Position numbers and translations under genes: made by a program. A model generated the notes under the pieces. That model made no database searches and had not been told where the DNA came from. It worked only from the letters and a program-made list of their open reading frames with translations. Below, in pieces: positions 30,084 to 38,339 of a stretch of DNA of 64,000 nt (the stretch's first letter is position 1; each line of letters begins with the position of its first letter). The DNA comes from a virus. Its lineage: Duplodnaviria > Heunggongvirae > Uroviricota > Caudoviricetes. The stretch lies in IMG/VR virus record IMGVR_UViG_3300037418_003103; one strand, 5' to 3'.

Positions 30084-30350
30084 GTATCCGCAAGGTAACA
30101 GAACGTCTAGTGCGTCTGAAGTTGGGCATCAGAGAGGATGTAGCAACGATCCCTGTTACACTGGCTAAGCGTAAGACCTGACTAAGTATCGGGAACAGTT
30201 TGCAGCATTGTTCATAATGTTGACTTATAAAAGCCTCCTGCAAGAACGGAGGTAAGCTTGGTCTGGTTGTGTTGTAGTGTTTTGGTCTCTGCTTCTATAC
30301 TGAGACCGCCAAAATAAGTCCGAGCATAAATAAGGCACACTATAACCTAT
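30084..30350 (+). ncRNA. Candidate structured ncRNA (~270 nt)
   Basis: ORF-free and GC-enriched; at least 8 helices including the crossing pair 30222-28/30314-20 and 30271-80/30337-46. Confidence 0.5.
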
Positions 30351-30373
30351 ATTTTAAAGTAAAGCTAATTTAT

Positions 30374-30565
30374 ATGAAAATGGAGAGATTTATAGAAGTG
30401 GATGGCTTAAGAGTCTTTAAGGAGGATATAGAGGGAATGGATAAGGACCAAATAATAACACTATGTTCCTTTGTAGACAATGAGAGGGATCTACGTTTTA
30501 TTCAGGACTTCTGTCAAGAGGAATACAGGTATATCATTGATAACCTAATCTTTAAAGTATTTTAA
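30374..30565 (+). CDS. Small hypothetical protein
   Basis: 63 aa ORF. Confidence 0.55.
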   Translation: MKMERFIEVDGLRVFKEDIEGMDKDQIITLCSFVDNERDLRFIQDFCQEEYRYIIDNLIFKVF

Positions 30566-30605
30566 TGCATGTAATAAGAGTAATTTAAACAAAATAAGAT
30601 AAAGT

Positions 30606-30812
30606 ATGAATAAGACAATCGGTGGCCCTTCGTATAGAAGGGATGGAGCCAGAGAGAGACTAGAGGCACAATTAGCCTCAGGAAACAAACCTGACAGGAG
30701 TAGCCAATCAGCAATTACCAGATATACCACTGGCCAGGCTTATATTCCTCTTAGCCTTAAGGATAAGGAGAGAATAAAAAAAGAGATGGATATCTTAAAA
30801 TCAAGGATTTAA
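30606..30812 (+). CDS. Small hypothetical protein
   Basis: 68 aa ORF. Confidence 0.6.
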   Translation: MNKTIGGPSYRRDGARERLEAQLASGNKPDRSSQSAITRYTTGQAYIPLSLKDKERIKKEMDILKSRI

Positions 30813-30940
30813 GAGCAGGACTGGGATACTTGTAAGTGTGAAGGAAGATAGTTTGCAAACAGATCAAGACAAATGCAGCCTTACAAGAATCTTAGACCCC
30901 TGTTAAAAGAGACGTATTTTTAATCAAAAACTTAAACCAA

Positions 30941-31345
30941 ATGTGCTTAATAACAAGTCAAAGAGAGCCTCTCATAGCTCAGGAGGATATGAGAGTTTAC
31001 AAGTTGCTGGAGCCTGACTACAAGGCCCTGTACAGACCATTTTTTTATGAATTAAATACGCTTAACAAGACTGAAATAAAAGAGGATTCTGATTGGTGCG
31101 CATTTGATAGTATTGACAGGGATTATCTGGATGAGAATTATCCTGGATGGGATGTAGAAAAGCAGTATAATTTAAAGTGCCTTGGAGAGGGTTTCCATTC
31201 CCTAACCACAACTGAAGGACGAGATCCTAAAACGTATTCTTTTAACAACCCTAAGTATTACGTCTGCAGCATTCCTAAGGGGAGTGAGTATTATCTGAAT
31301 TCTACTGGTCTATGCATTTCCAATCAAATCATTATCAAAGAATAA
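30941..31345 (+). CDS. Hypothetical phage protein
   Basis: MCL...VYK...GFHS...CSIPKGSEYY...SNQII pattern. Confidence 0.7.
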   Translation: MCLITSQREPLIAQEDMRVYKLLEPDYKALYRPFFYELNTLNKTEIKEDSDWCAFDSIDRDYLDENYPGWDVEKQYNLKCLGEGFHSLTTTEGRDPKTYSFNNPKYYVCSIPKGSEYYLNSTGLCISNQIIIKE

Positions 31346-31471
31346 TTATGGGACTGGTTTTTTCCAGATGCTGATGTAGCTTGTGATGAAGGAGTAATAG
31401 CCGATGATTCTCAAGCAAACAATACATTCTAAGTATTTTGACTTAATACTCAGTCAATTTAAAATAAAAAT

Positions 31472-31741
31472 ATGAAAGTAAGAGTAGATGTTATAATTCA
31501 GAATAGAAATATAACAACGAATACCGAAAACGATTTTGAAGCAACCTATAAAGGGAAGCGAATTTATATATCAACTAATCACGTCTTTGGTAAGCCAAAA
31601 TACGCTCATTTGAAACGATTTAACATTGATGTTATTGATATTAAAACGAGTATGTACGATGTTCAATCGTATGGGGATTTTCATACAATAAATGATGCAA
31701 TAATTTATGCGGTAAAGGGTGCATGTTTAATATCTGATTAA
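31472..31741 (+). CDS. Hypothetical protein
   Basis: 89 aa ORF. Confidence 0.6.
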   Translation: MKVRVDVIIQNRNITTNTENDFEATYKGKRIYISTNHVFGKPKYAHLKRFNIDVIDIKTSMYDVQSYGDFHTINDAIIYAVKGACLISD

Positions 31742-31764
31742 TTAAACCAAAAAACTTTACATAA

Positions 31765-31989
31765 ATGAGATCAGAATTCGCCGAATGGCTTGACCAAATG
31801 CAACACGTTGCTGACGCCGAAAATATTATCGTTCAGGCAAGGCATGTTGATTTGTTAGACTTCTTTTTTAGAAGCAAAAAATCACCAACGCAGGCTTTTG
31901 AAGAGTACAATAAATTCCTCGTTAGGTGGAATTCGATTACAGATAACGGACGTAATACAGAACCGATTATTAATCCTTCAAAACCTTAA
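31765..31989 (+). CDS. Hypothetical protein
   Basis: 74 aa ORF. Confidence 0.55.
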   Translation: MRSEFAEWLDQMQHVADAENIIVQARHVDLLDFFFRSKKSPTQAFEEYNKFLVRWNSITDNGRNTEPIINPSKP

Positions 31990-31993
31990 AGAA

Positions 31994-32218
31994 ATGAAAC
32001 AAATAATAGAATCCCAGAAGAAAGTGATGAATGCTAATACTAAAAATTTTACAGAATCATTTACATTTTTGTTCTTTTTAGTATGGCCATTTGTTCCAGA
32101 ATTAGTAAGTGTATTTTTAAGGAATAAAATGATTCTTTCACTTAACGAATGGTATGTAGTAGTTATCTTGCCTGAGCTCATATTATTGATTTGGTATTTT
32201 TTAAAACATAAACTCTAA
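31994..32218 (+). CDS. Small membrane protein
   Basis: Two hydrophobic segments; start trimmed to MKQIIES. Confidence 0.5.
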   Translation: MKQIIESQKKVMNANTKNFTESFTFLFFLVWPFVPELVSVFLRNKMILSLNEWYVVVILPELILLIWYFLKHKL

Positions 32219-32229
32219 AAAACAAAAAT

Positions 32230-32490
32230 ATGCAAACAAAAACGATAGGTGACTTTGACTTTTTTAGAAAAGTAATGCCAAATTATTTTGTCGTAAATAA
32301 AGTATCCTTTATAGGTAAACCAGAGACTTTCAGATGTCGGTCTAATGTCGGCATTGACGATAATGATGAACAATGGGAATTTTTAATGAAAGCCTTTAGG
32401 CAAAGATGGGGAGAAAGATTTATTGAAGTTAATCATACTGTTTGCAATAACCATACTGATTTTACCATATATCTAAAAGACGAAAATTAA
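32230..32490 (+). CDS. Hypothetical protein
   Basis: 86 aa ORF. Confidence 0.6.
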   Translation: MQTKTIGDFDFFRKVMPNYFVVNKVSFIGKPETFRCRSNVGIDDNDEQWEFLMKAFRQRWGERFIEVNHTVCNNHTDFTIYLKDEN

Positions 32491-32497
32491 TCGTTTT

Positions 32498-32779
32498 ATG
32501 AAACAAGCAATACTTAATCTTAAAAAGAAGCTACTAATAGTAGAATTGCCGAAAAATATTACGCAGCTTGGTTATTCAATGTTTGATAATAATGGCAATT
32601 GTTATTTAGAATATTATACAAAAGATAAAAAATGTGTAAAAACTGATATTATAATAAATATTGGTTCAAAAGCACTGGCTACCTCTTGTGTGGATGAAAT
32701 CTTAAATGAACTTACTAAAATGGATGCAAGATGCAAATATTGGTATCTGGTAAAAAATAAAATAAAAAATTATGCTTAG
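32498..32779 (+). CDS. Hypothetical protein, paralog of 35019..35711 N-terminus
   Basis: MKQAILNLKKKLLIVEL vs MKQAILSLKKKLLMVEL. Confidence 0.65.
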   Translation: MKQAILNLKKKLLIVELPKNITQLGYSMFDNNGNCYLEYYTKDKKCVKTDIIINIGSKALATSCVDEILNELTKMDARCKYWYLVKNKIKNYA

Positions 32780-33164
32780 TAAAGAAGAGCTTTTGCAGCC
32801 GCGTTACAAAGTAATTGCTGATTATCCTTCGCAGGCATTTGAAATGGGTAATATTATAATCGGAACGTCAGCATATTTGGTAAAAGGAGAAGGCTTTTGT
32901 AATAGCGGCTATATGCAAGAATACCCGAATCTTTTTAAAAAACTTGAATGGAGCGAAGGAAGGGGAATCGAGGACTTGCCTGAATACGTTAGAATGAGGC
33001 GGGTTAAAGGTGTGTTTAAGGTAAAACGGTATGTGGCGGGTAGATATTTATACGCAAGACTTTATGGATATCCTGCGAATGTCCCTGTAAAAACCTTAAC
33101 TCCAGCTACCCGTGAAGAGTACGAACAATATCAAGAATCAAAATCACAATTAACAAATAGATGA
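32772..33164 (+). CDS. Hypothetical protein
   Basis: 130 aa ORF; YKVIADYP...EYPNLFKKLEW. Confidence 0.65.
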   Translation: MLSKEELLQPRYKVIADYPSQAFEMGNIIIGTSAYLVKGEGFCNSGYMQEYPNLFKKLEWSEGRGIEDLPEYVRMRRVKGVFKVKRYVAGRYLYARLYGYPANVPVKTLTPATREEYEQYQESKSQLTNR

Positions 33165-33313
33165 ACCAAGAATGGATTGACTTAAAAACAACTACCAGAA
33201 GAGGATGTTCTGGTTGCTTTAAAAGTTATCAAGTGGGAAAGAGGTTACTGGAAAAAGGATATTGTGGCCAATTCAATGGAAACCTATATTAAGTCAGAAT
33301 TAAACCAATTAAA

Positions 33314-33614
33314 ATGAAGGATTTAGACTGTCCCTATTGTGGCGAGGGGCTAAATGTCTGCCATGATGATGGCTGGGGCTACCAGGAGGGCATCAAGCAC
33401 CACATGGACTGCTATAAGTGTGGGAAGACCTTTGTGTTCCAGACAGAAATTTACTTTGACTACTATCCTGAGAAGGCGGAGTGCCTGAATGGCGAGGAGC
33501 ATGTCTGGAAGCCCACTCCATTCCTATCCGAGACAATTCATAAGAATGGAGTGCAGTACTTGTGGCTTGAGAAGAGATCTTACGCCTGAGGAGAGGCTGC
33601 AACTGAACATATGA
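33314..33614 (+). pseudogene. Zinc-finger protein with an apparent 1-nt frameshift near 33518
   Basis: CPYC...CYKC...CLNGEEHVWKPT, then the alternative frame HSYPRQFIRMECSTCGLRR..* ends at 33614 with an ATGA overlap. Confidence 0.55.
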
Positions 33615-33707
33615 GAAACAATATCCTGCCAGTACTGGCTATCATTTATATTCTTTGCCTGGCAACTTACAAGAATTGGAGGAGGGAACATAAAGAGCAT
33701 AAAAAAC

Positions 33708-33992
33708 ATGAGAAAATTATCAGGTGAGGTGTTTGAGAGCTACGGCTTTGAACTAATAAGCAAGGATGCAAGTCCCTTTACCCCTCAGATGCCCTACTAT
33801 GCAAAGAATCGGGTTCTATTCTTCTTTAATGAGGGAGAGCATAACAAGGGAGCTTACTACTTCGGTCTGGGCGCCCAGACCTGGGGCAAATACCAGGTTG
33901 TCACCATGCGCTGGATTTATGATGAGGAGGATTTATTGCTGATTTATAAGGCGGTAACTGGTCTGGGATTAAATAAAACAATAAACTTATGA
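33708..33992 (+). CDS. Hypothetical protein
   Basis: 94 aa ORF, GC-rich codon style. Confidence 0.6.
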   Translation: MRKLSGEVFESYGFELISKDASPFTPQMPYYAKNRVLFFFNEGEHNKGAYYFGLGAQTWGKYQVVTMRWIYDEEDLLLIYKAVTGLGLNKTINL

Positions 33993-34675
33993 GAGTATTC
34001 CATATACCGATGTCAACGGAACACGACTCTTGGGTCCGCCTGGATAAGTATGAGAAGGAGTACTTTATCCTAACTACTAATAGCAAGAGACATAACAAGG
34101 CGCTGTCCTTTAGAGTTCCCAGAGCCCAGCAGGAGAGCGTAATAGCCGACTTGCGGTCTAATTATATCCTGGCATATGGCTTTGACGGCTTTGCTGGTAG
34201 CCTGGAGTACTTTGATAAGAGCAGAGACAAGAGAGCGCAGATACTAAGGGAACTTAGGGGATGTAGCAGGAGTGAACTGATGGAGTATATCCTGGCAGGC
34301 AGAGAGTACTATAAGACACCTGATGACTGCGTTAAGTACGCTCGCCTGGAGTCCTTTGGTCTGAGGATTGCACCCAGTCCTGTCTTCATGCACCTGCAGC
34401 AGACGAGGGAGCATCTCTGCCAGATAAAGAAGGAGTGTCAGGCCCTGAGGACTGATGGGTATAGCATTTTTGATGTGGATCTGGATAACAGCAGGATCTA
34501 CGACAAGTGCAGGAGAAGACTGGGTAGTATTTTAATCAACGAGGCTCCAGAGTACCTGTATAAGGTAGTCTTGGTGGTGTATCAAATATCTCCCAGGTAT
34601 AAGGCGGTGGAATTACTTCCCTGGGTGGCCAGGGAAGCAGGCGGTAGTAAAAAAACCAAAACACCAGACTTATGA
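33989..34675 (+). CDS. Hypothetical protein flanked by 14-bp direct repeats
   Basis: 228 aa; ACTTATGAGAGTAT at 33985-33998 and 34668-34681. Confidence 0.7.
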   Translation: MRVFHIPMSTEHDSWVRLDKYEKEYFILTTNSKRHNKALSFRVPRAQQESVIADLRSNYILAYGFDGFAGSLEYFDKSRDKRAQILRELRGCSRSELMEYILAGREYYKTPDDCVKYARLESFGLRIAPSPVFMHLQQTREHLCQIKKECQALRTDGYSIFDVDLDNSRIYDKCRRRLGSILINEAPEYLYKVVLVVYQISPRYKAVELLPWVAREAGGSKKTKTPDL

Positions 34676-34776
34676 GAGTATCTCTGTATACAGCAGTAAA
34701 CAAGCCTCATAAGTGAACATAACCCTATTGATGAAATTGAATATCTTGATGAAAGTGATGAACAAAATAGCAATCA

Positions 34777-35019
34777 ATGAAAAAAAAAATAGCCATGAAA
34801 TGTAAAAAGTTAACGGATTGGGATAAGGCTTGGATGCAAGGTTTTGCTGCCGCCTGCGCAATTACATTACAGAATCACGGGTGCGATACAATTGTTGAAG
34901 ATACTTTCAAGTGCAATTTTATGTCTGTAGCAAAAATGAAGCGAGTGGGTGTTGATAATATGGATATTGAAGTCCTAAAGCCTATTGTAAAAGAAATAAA
35001 TCGTAAAAAAACTTTTTAA
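34777..35019 (+). CDS. Hypothetical protein
   Basis: 80 aa ORF. Confidence 0.55.
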   Translation: MKKKIAMKCKKLTDWDKAWMQGFAAACAITLQNHGCDTIVEDTFKCNFMSVAKMKRVGVDNMDIEVLKPIVKEINRKKTF

Positions 35020-35711
35020 TGAAACAAGCAATACTTAGTCTAAAAAAGAAACTGCTGATGGTGGAACTATTGGAGGGTGCAACTGATATAGAAATATGTC
35101 CTGATTGTTCAGGTGATGGAATTGAAACTTGTCACAATCCAGATCACGGTTTTTTAAGCGGTGTGCTTGGCGGCGTTTGTGGTGCAAATACATCCGCCTG
35201 CCCTTGTTGCGGACATAGTCAAGATCATAAAATGAGGGGTAAGTGTTATACGTGTAAAGGTACTGGACAAGTTTCAAAAGATGAATTTGGCGCTTATTTA
35301 GATGAATTCAGTCCTGAAAACTATCATCAAATAAAGTTAAAGGGCAAGCTAACTGATATAACAGAAGAACAGTTTGCTTTAATAAATCCAAAAACCTTAA
35401 ATAGTCATGGCGAGTTGGTATATCCATCTTATTATGATTCTGTTGGCTCCTGCATCGGACTTGATTCCGCCGAAGAGTCTTTCTTCTCTTATTTGGAAGC
35501 GCAGGGGATTTATTTTGAGAATAAATTAGAAAAACCAATCATGGAAGAATATGGTTATTGTGAAGATAGGGATGCAGAAGGACATTTTTATAAAAGTTAT
35601 TGGGAACCACAAGACGGCGAAGAAAAGTGGCAGGAATCTATAAATGAATGGCAAGAAGCAGAACAGAAAGTATGGAACAAGGATTTGATTTACGTTTTCG
35701 AAATTATCTAA
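35019..35711 (+). CDS. Family-A-related protein with DnaJ-type zinc-finger insertion
   Basis: CPDCSGDG, CPCCG, CYTCKGTG; C-terminal GIYFENK...EWQEAE resembles family A. Confidence 0.7.
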   Translation: MKQAILSLKKKLLMVELLEGATDIEICPDCSGDGIETCHNPDHGFLSGVLGGVCGANTSACPCCGHSQDHKMRGKCYTCKGTGQVSKDEFGAYLDEFSPENYHQIKLKGKLTDITEEQFALINPKTLNSHGELVYPSYYDSVGSCIGLDSAEESFFSYLEAQGIYFENKLEKPIMEEYGYCEDRDAEGHFYKSYWEPQDGEEKWQESINEWQEAEQKVWNKDLIYVFEII

Positions 35712-35722
35712 AATAAAAAATT

Positions 35723-35935
35723 ATGGCAACTGTATTTGTTTATTACAAGAATGATGAAATAAGGGTATTAGATGCAGAAGAAGCAGGCACGCAGCATAAC
35801 CAATTGATTAAAGAAAACTGGAAGCATACTGCAACTTTAGATGTATGCAGGTGGATAGAATACTTGTTTAATAAAGCTGAAGATGTTGATGTGTTTGCTG
35901 AAATAAGAGAACTAAATGACATTAATCACAATTAA
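35723..35935 (+). CDS. Hypothetical protein
   Basis: 70 aa ORF. Confidence 0.6.
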   Translation: MATVFVYYKNDEIRVLDAEEAGTQHNQLIKENWKHTATLDVCRWIEYLFNKAEDVDVFAEIRELNDINHN

Positions 35936-35946
35936 AATAAACACAG

Positions 35947-36249
35947 ATGATAACAAAATTTAGAAAAAAACCAGTAGTTATTGAAGCGGTACAATGGAAT
36001 GGAAATTCTAATAGAAAAGATATTGAAAACTTTATCGGCAAAGAATTAAAACTAGAATTAGAAAGTGAAACAGCCTATGTTGCTGGTGTTGCTGCACCAA
36101 TTTTCAGTCTATTGATTGAAACAAAAGAGGGTATTATGAAAGCCTTTAAAAATGATTGGATAATTAAAGAACCATTTCCTATAGGCGATAGAGATTTCTA
36201 TCCATGCAAGCCTGATATTTTTGAAAAGACTTATGAACCTGTTCTTTGA
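35947..36249 (+). CDS. Widespread small phage protein (KKPVVIEAVQW...YPCKPDIFEKTYE family)
   Basis: FRKKPVVIEAVQWNG, TKEG.M, DWIIK, FYPCKPDIFEKTYE. Confidence 0.8.
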   Translation: MITKFRKKPVVIEAVQWNGNSNRKDIENFIGKELKLELESETAYVAGVAAPIFSLLIETKEGIMKAFKNDWIIKEPFPIGDRDFYPCKPDIFEKTYEPVL

Positions 36250-36520
36250 GCCATTACCCTACCATACCAGATATCTCCCAGGTATAAGGCGGGGGTTCCC
36301 TTAAAAAACTACCCAAAATTCTCCCAGAAATTTTTTTTAAGAAGAGAGGGCCTAATAAATTTAGAAATTTTTTTCCCAGAAATTTTTTAGGGGGGGTCTA
36401 GATATCGCCTAAAAAACTCCAGAAATTTTCTGAACGTAATCATGCGCCCTATGCGGCAGGGGGTGGGGTAGGGGGTAGCGTAAGGGGGGTAACAGGGGGG
36501 AGGGGGTCTGCTTAAGATAA
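36250..36520. other. Convergence junction with A-tract repeats and a G-tract cluster (candidate origin/terminus/packaging element)
   Basis: CCAGAAATTTT x3 (~36324, 36376, 36419); G7 at 36390-96; six G4-G6 runs at 36459-36506; no ORF. Confidence 0.6.
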
Positions 36521-36865
36521 TGCAAATATAAGACTATTAATTCACTTAACCAAATTAATAGTCTTATATTTTCTAACTAATTAGATAAGGCTGAATCTAT
36601 CAGATCCAAAGTTGCTAACTGCATAGAAGCTCCAAAAAGAACCTGAGAAGAATGACTTAATTTTTTTCATAACGAATGATTTAATGATTAATAATGAAGT
36701 GCAAATATAAGACTAATTATTTACTTCACCAAATTTATTTTTATCTCATTTTAAAGCCCGTTAAGAAGATAAAGTGCCCAGCCTTACAAACATACTACCT
36801 GGCATTTATCCTGTCTCTATTGGCTTTATTCAGGGCTTTATTCTCATTCTAATCCATTTCATACA

Positions 36866-36904
36866 GGGCATAAAAAAACCTGCTAAGTTTAGCAGGTTTT
36901 AAAG
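36866..36904 (-). terminator. Terminator cassette copy 1
   Basis: GCATAAAAAAACCTGCTAAGTTTAGCAGGTTTT. Confidence 0.85.
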
Positions 36905-36918
36905 TGTAATCCTAAATA

Positions 36919-37857
36919 TTAATTCATGTAGGTAAGAATTTGCTCAAAGGCAAGGTTATCGATTGAAAATCCCGTGCCAACATATTTGGATTCCAAACGA
37001 GCATTTTCTCTAACGGGAACGGGCAATACATGTGAAGTGTAATGGGTTACGCCGTTAAGCAAACCGAATAGTGTTTCTCCCTGCCTTCCTGTTTCAAGTG
37101 CAATGCTTTCAAGCAATTCCTTTGTTCTGTTAAGAGCATACGCGCTATCTTCTTTGTTATCCTTTTTAAGGATGTCAACCTTTGTAATCCCCTTTACAAT
37201 TTGCGCAATGTGTTCCTGTTTAACGGGAATTTGTGAAAGTTTGATGAATTGGTCAAAGAGACTTTTTTCCTGCTCAATTACGCCATTAATTTGCCGTATT
37301 GCAGCCTCTACTTTATCGTGGATTGAAATGGTATGCCTTGCGCTGTTTTTCAGTTCCTTTTTAGCAGCATTAAAGGTATTCATGCAAACGATGTTAGTAG
37401 TAGTATTGCCCCATTTTAAAGAGGTGCTACCATCGTGAGAATTAATTGCAGTAACATAGCCATTTACGGTTGCACCAGCCTTACCAAGCCCAATGATTTT
37501 TGTATCAGTGTCCAATTGCAAATAAATTTTTGCACCCAAATTAAAGTCTCCGCCGCCTTTAATCTTATAGCCTGTTTTATCCACGATGCGAAGCAATAAT
37601 TCAGCAAGTTCTGAATTTTGAAACGGAGTATAGCCATCTTTGCAAGTTGCGAACGGATGCCTTATATCCTGTCTTACAACGGCATAAAAACCGCTATCCT
37701 TACCGTCGGGAAGAATCAATTTTTCCTTCTCTACATTCCATCTTAAACCGTACTTATCAAGCATTTCAGCAACTGCTTCCGTGTTGCTTTCGTTCTTTAC
37801 TGTCAAGCCTTCAATTGTTGAATTTAAGAGGCTGTTGATTTCATTAAAATTTTCCAT
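36919..37857 (-). CDS. DUF932/DUF945-family phage/plasmid protein (TIGR03299-like)
   Basis: GLRWNVEKE, YTPFQNSE, GAKIYLQL, NSHDGSTS, IVCMNT, GLLNGVTHY. Confidence 0.85.
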   Translation of the reverse strand: MENFNEINSLLNSTIEGLTVKNESNTEAVAEMLDKYGLRWNVEKEKLILPDGKDSGFYAVVRQDIRHPFATCKDGYTPFQNSELAELLLRIVDKTGYKIKGGGDFNLGAKIYLQLDTDTKIIGLGKAGATVNGYVTAINSHDGSTSLKWGNTTTNIVCMNTFNAAKKELKNSARHTISIHDKVEAAIRQINGVIEQEKSLFDQFIKLSQIPVKQEHIAQIVKGITKVDILKKDNKEDSAYALNRTKELLESIALETGRQGETLFGLLNGVTHYTSHVLPVPVRENARLESKYVGTGFSIDNLAFEQILTYMN

Positions 37858-37975
37858 GATGTGTTTTTTTTAAAGTGTGATTAAATAATGAGATGCAAAT
37901 ATAAGACTATTTTTTTAACCCACCAAATTTATTATAGCCTTCTAATAGATTTTTTTTTAAGTGAAAAGACAGGAG

Positions 37976-38010
37976 CATAAAAAAACCTGCTAAACTTAGC
38001 AGGTTTTAAA
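37976..38010 (-). terminator. Terminator cassette copy 2
   Basis: GCATAAAAAAACCTGCTAAACTTAGCAGGTTTT. Confidence 0.85.
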
Positions 38011-38026
38011 GGTTTAAATATTATTC

Positions 38027-38203
38027 TTAATTAGAACTTTGAGCGAATAGCTTTCTGCCATAATCAGTCTTCACAACGCCGTTTACAAGATACTTAATAT
38101 CTTGCCTGTGTTCAGAACCTAATACTTGCTCAACAGTAATTTTCTTGCCATTTACAATGAAGGTGCGGGTTTTCAAGATTGTTTGGTTTAATACGTTTGT
38201 CAT
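38027..38203 (-). CDS. Small cassette protein (58 aa)
   Basis: MTNVLNQTILKTRTFIVNGKKITVEQVLG...; sits between the 38234 promoter and terminator 2; below ORF-track cutoff. Confidence 0.7.
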   Translation of the reverse strand: MTNVLNQTILKTRTFIVNGKKITVEQVLGSEHRQDIKYLVNGVVKTDYGRKLFAQSSN

Positions 38204-38290
38204 TTTTTTAAAATTTTAGAGTGATTAACGAGATGCAAATATAAGACTATTTTTTGAACTACCAAAAATAAGATTAGGTTTTAAGACAAG

Positions 38291-38323
38291 GCATAAAAAA
38301 ACCTGCTAAATAGCAGGTTTAAA
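38291..38323 (-). terminator. Terminator cassette copy 3
   Basis: GCATAAAAAAACCTGCTAAATAGCAGGTTT. Confidence 0.85.
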
Positions 38324-38339
38324 TACGTCTTATTTATCT

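Noticed and set aside
30084-30350. RNase P RNA (AAGUCCGAGCA and ACAGAAC resemble P4 strands)
   Set aside because: The elements are in the wrong order and the complementary P4 strand (CUCGGCU-like) is absent; kept only as an unclassified ncRNA candidate.
36581-36670. 29-aa ORF under the 36700 promoter possibly frameshifted in its A7 run
   Set aside because: Both frames give ~30-aa peptides with no recognisable motif, so they cannot be distinguished without homologs.
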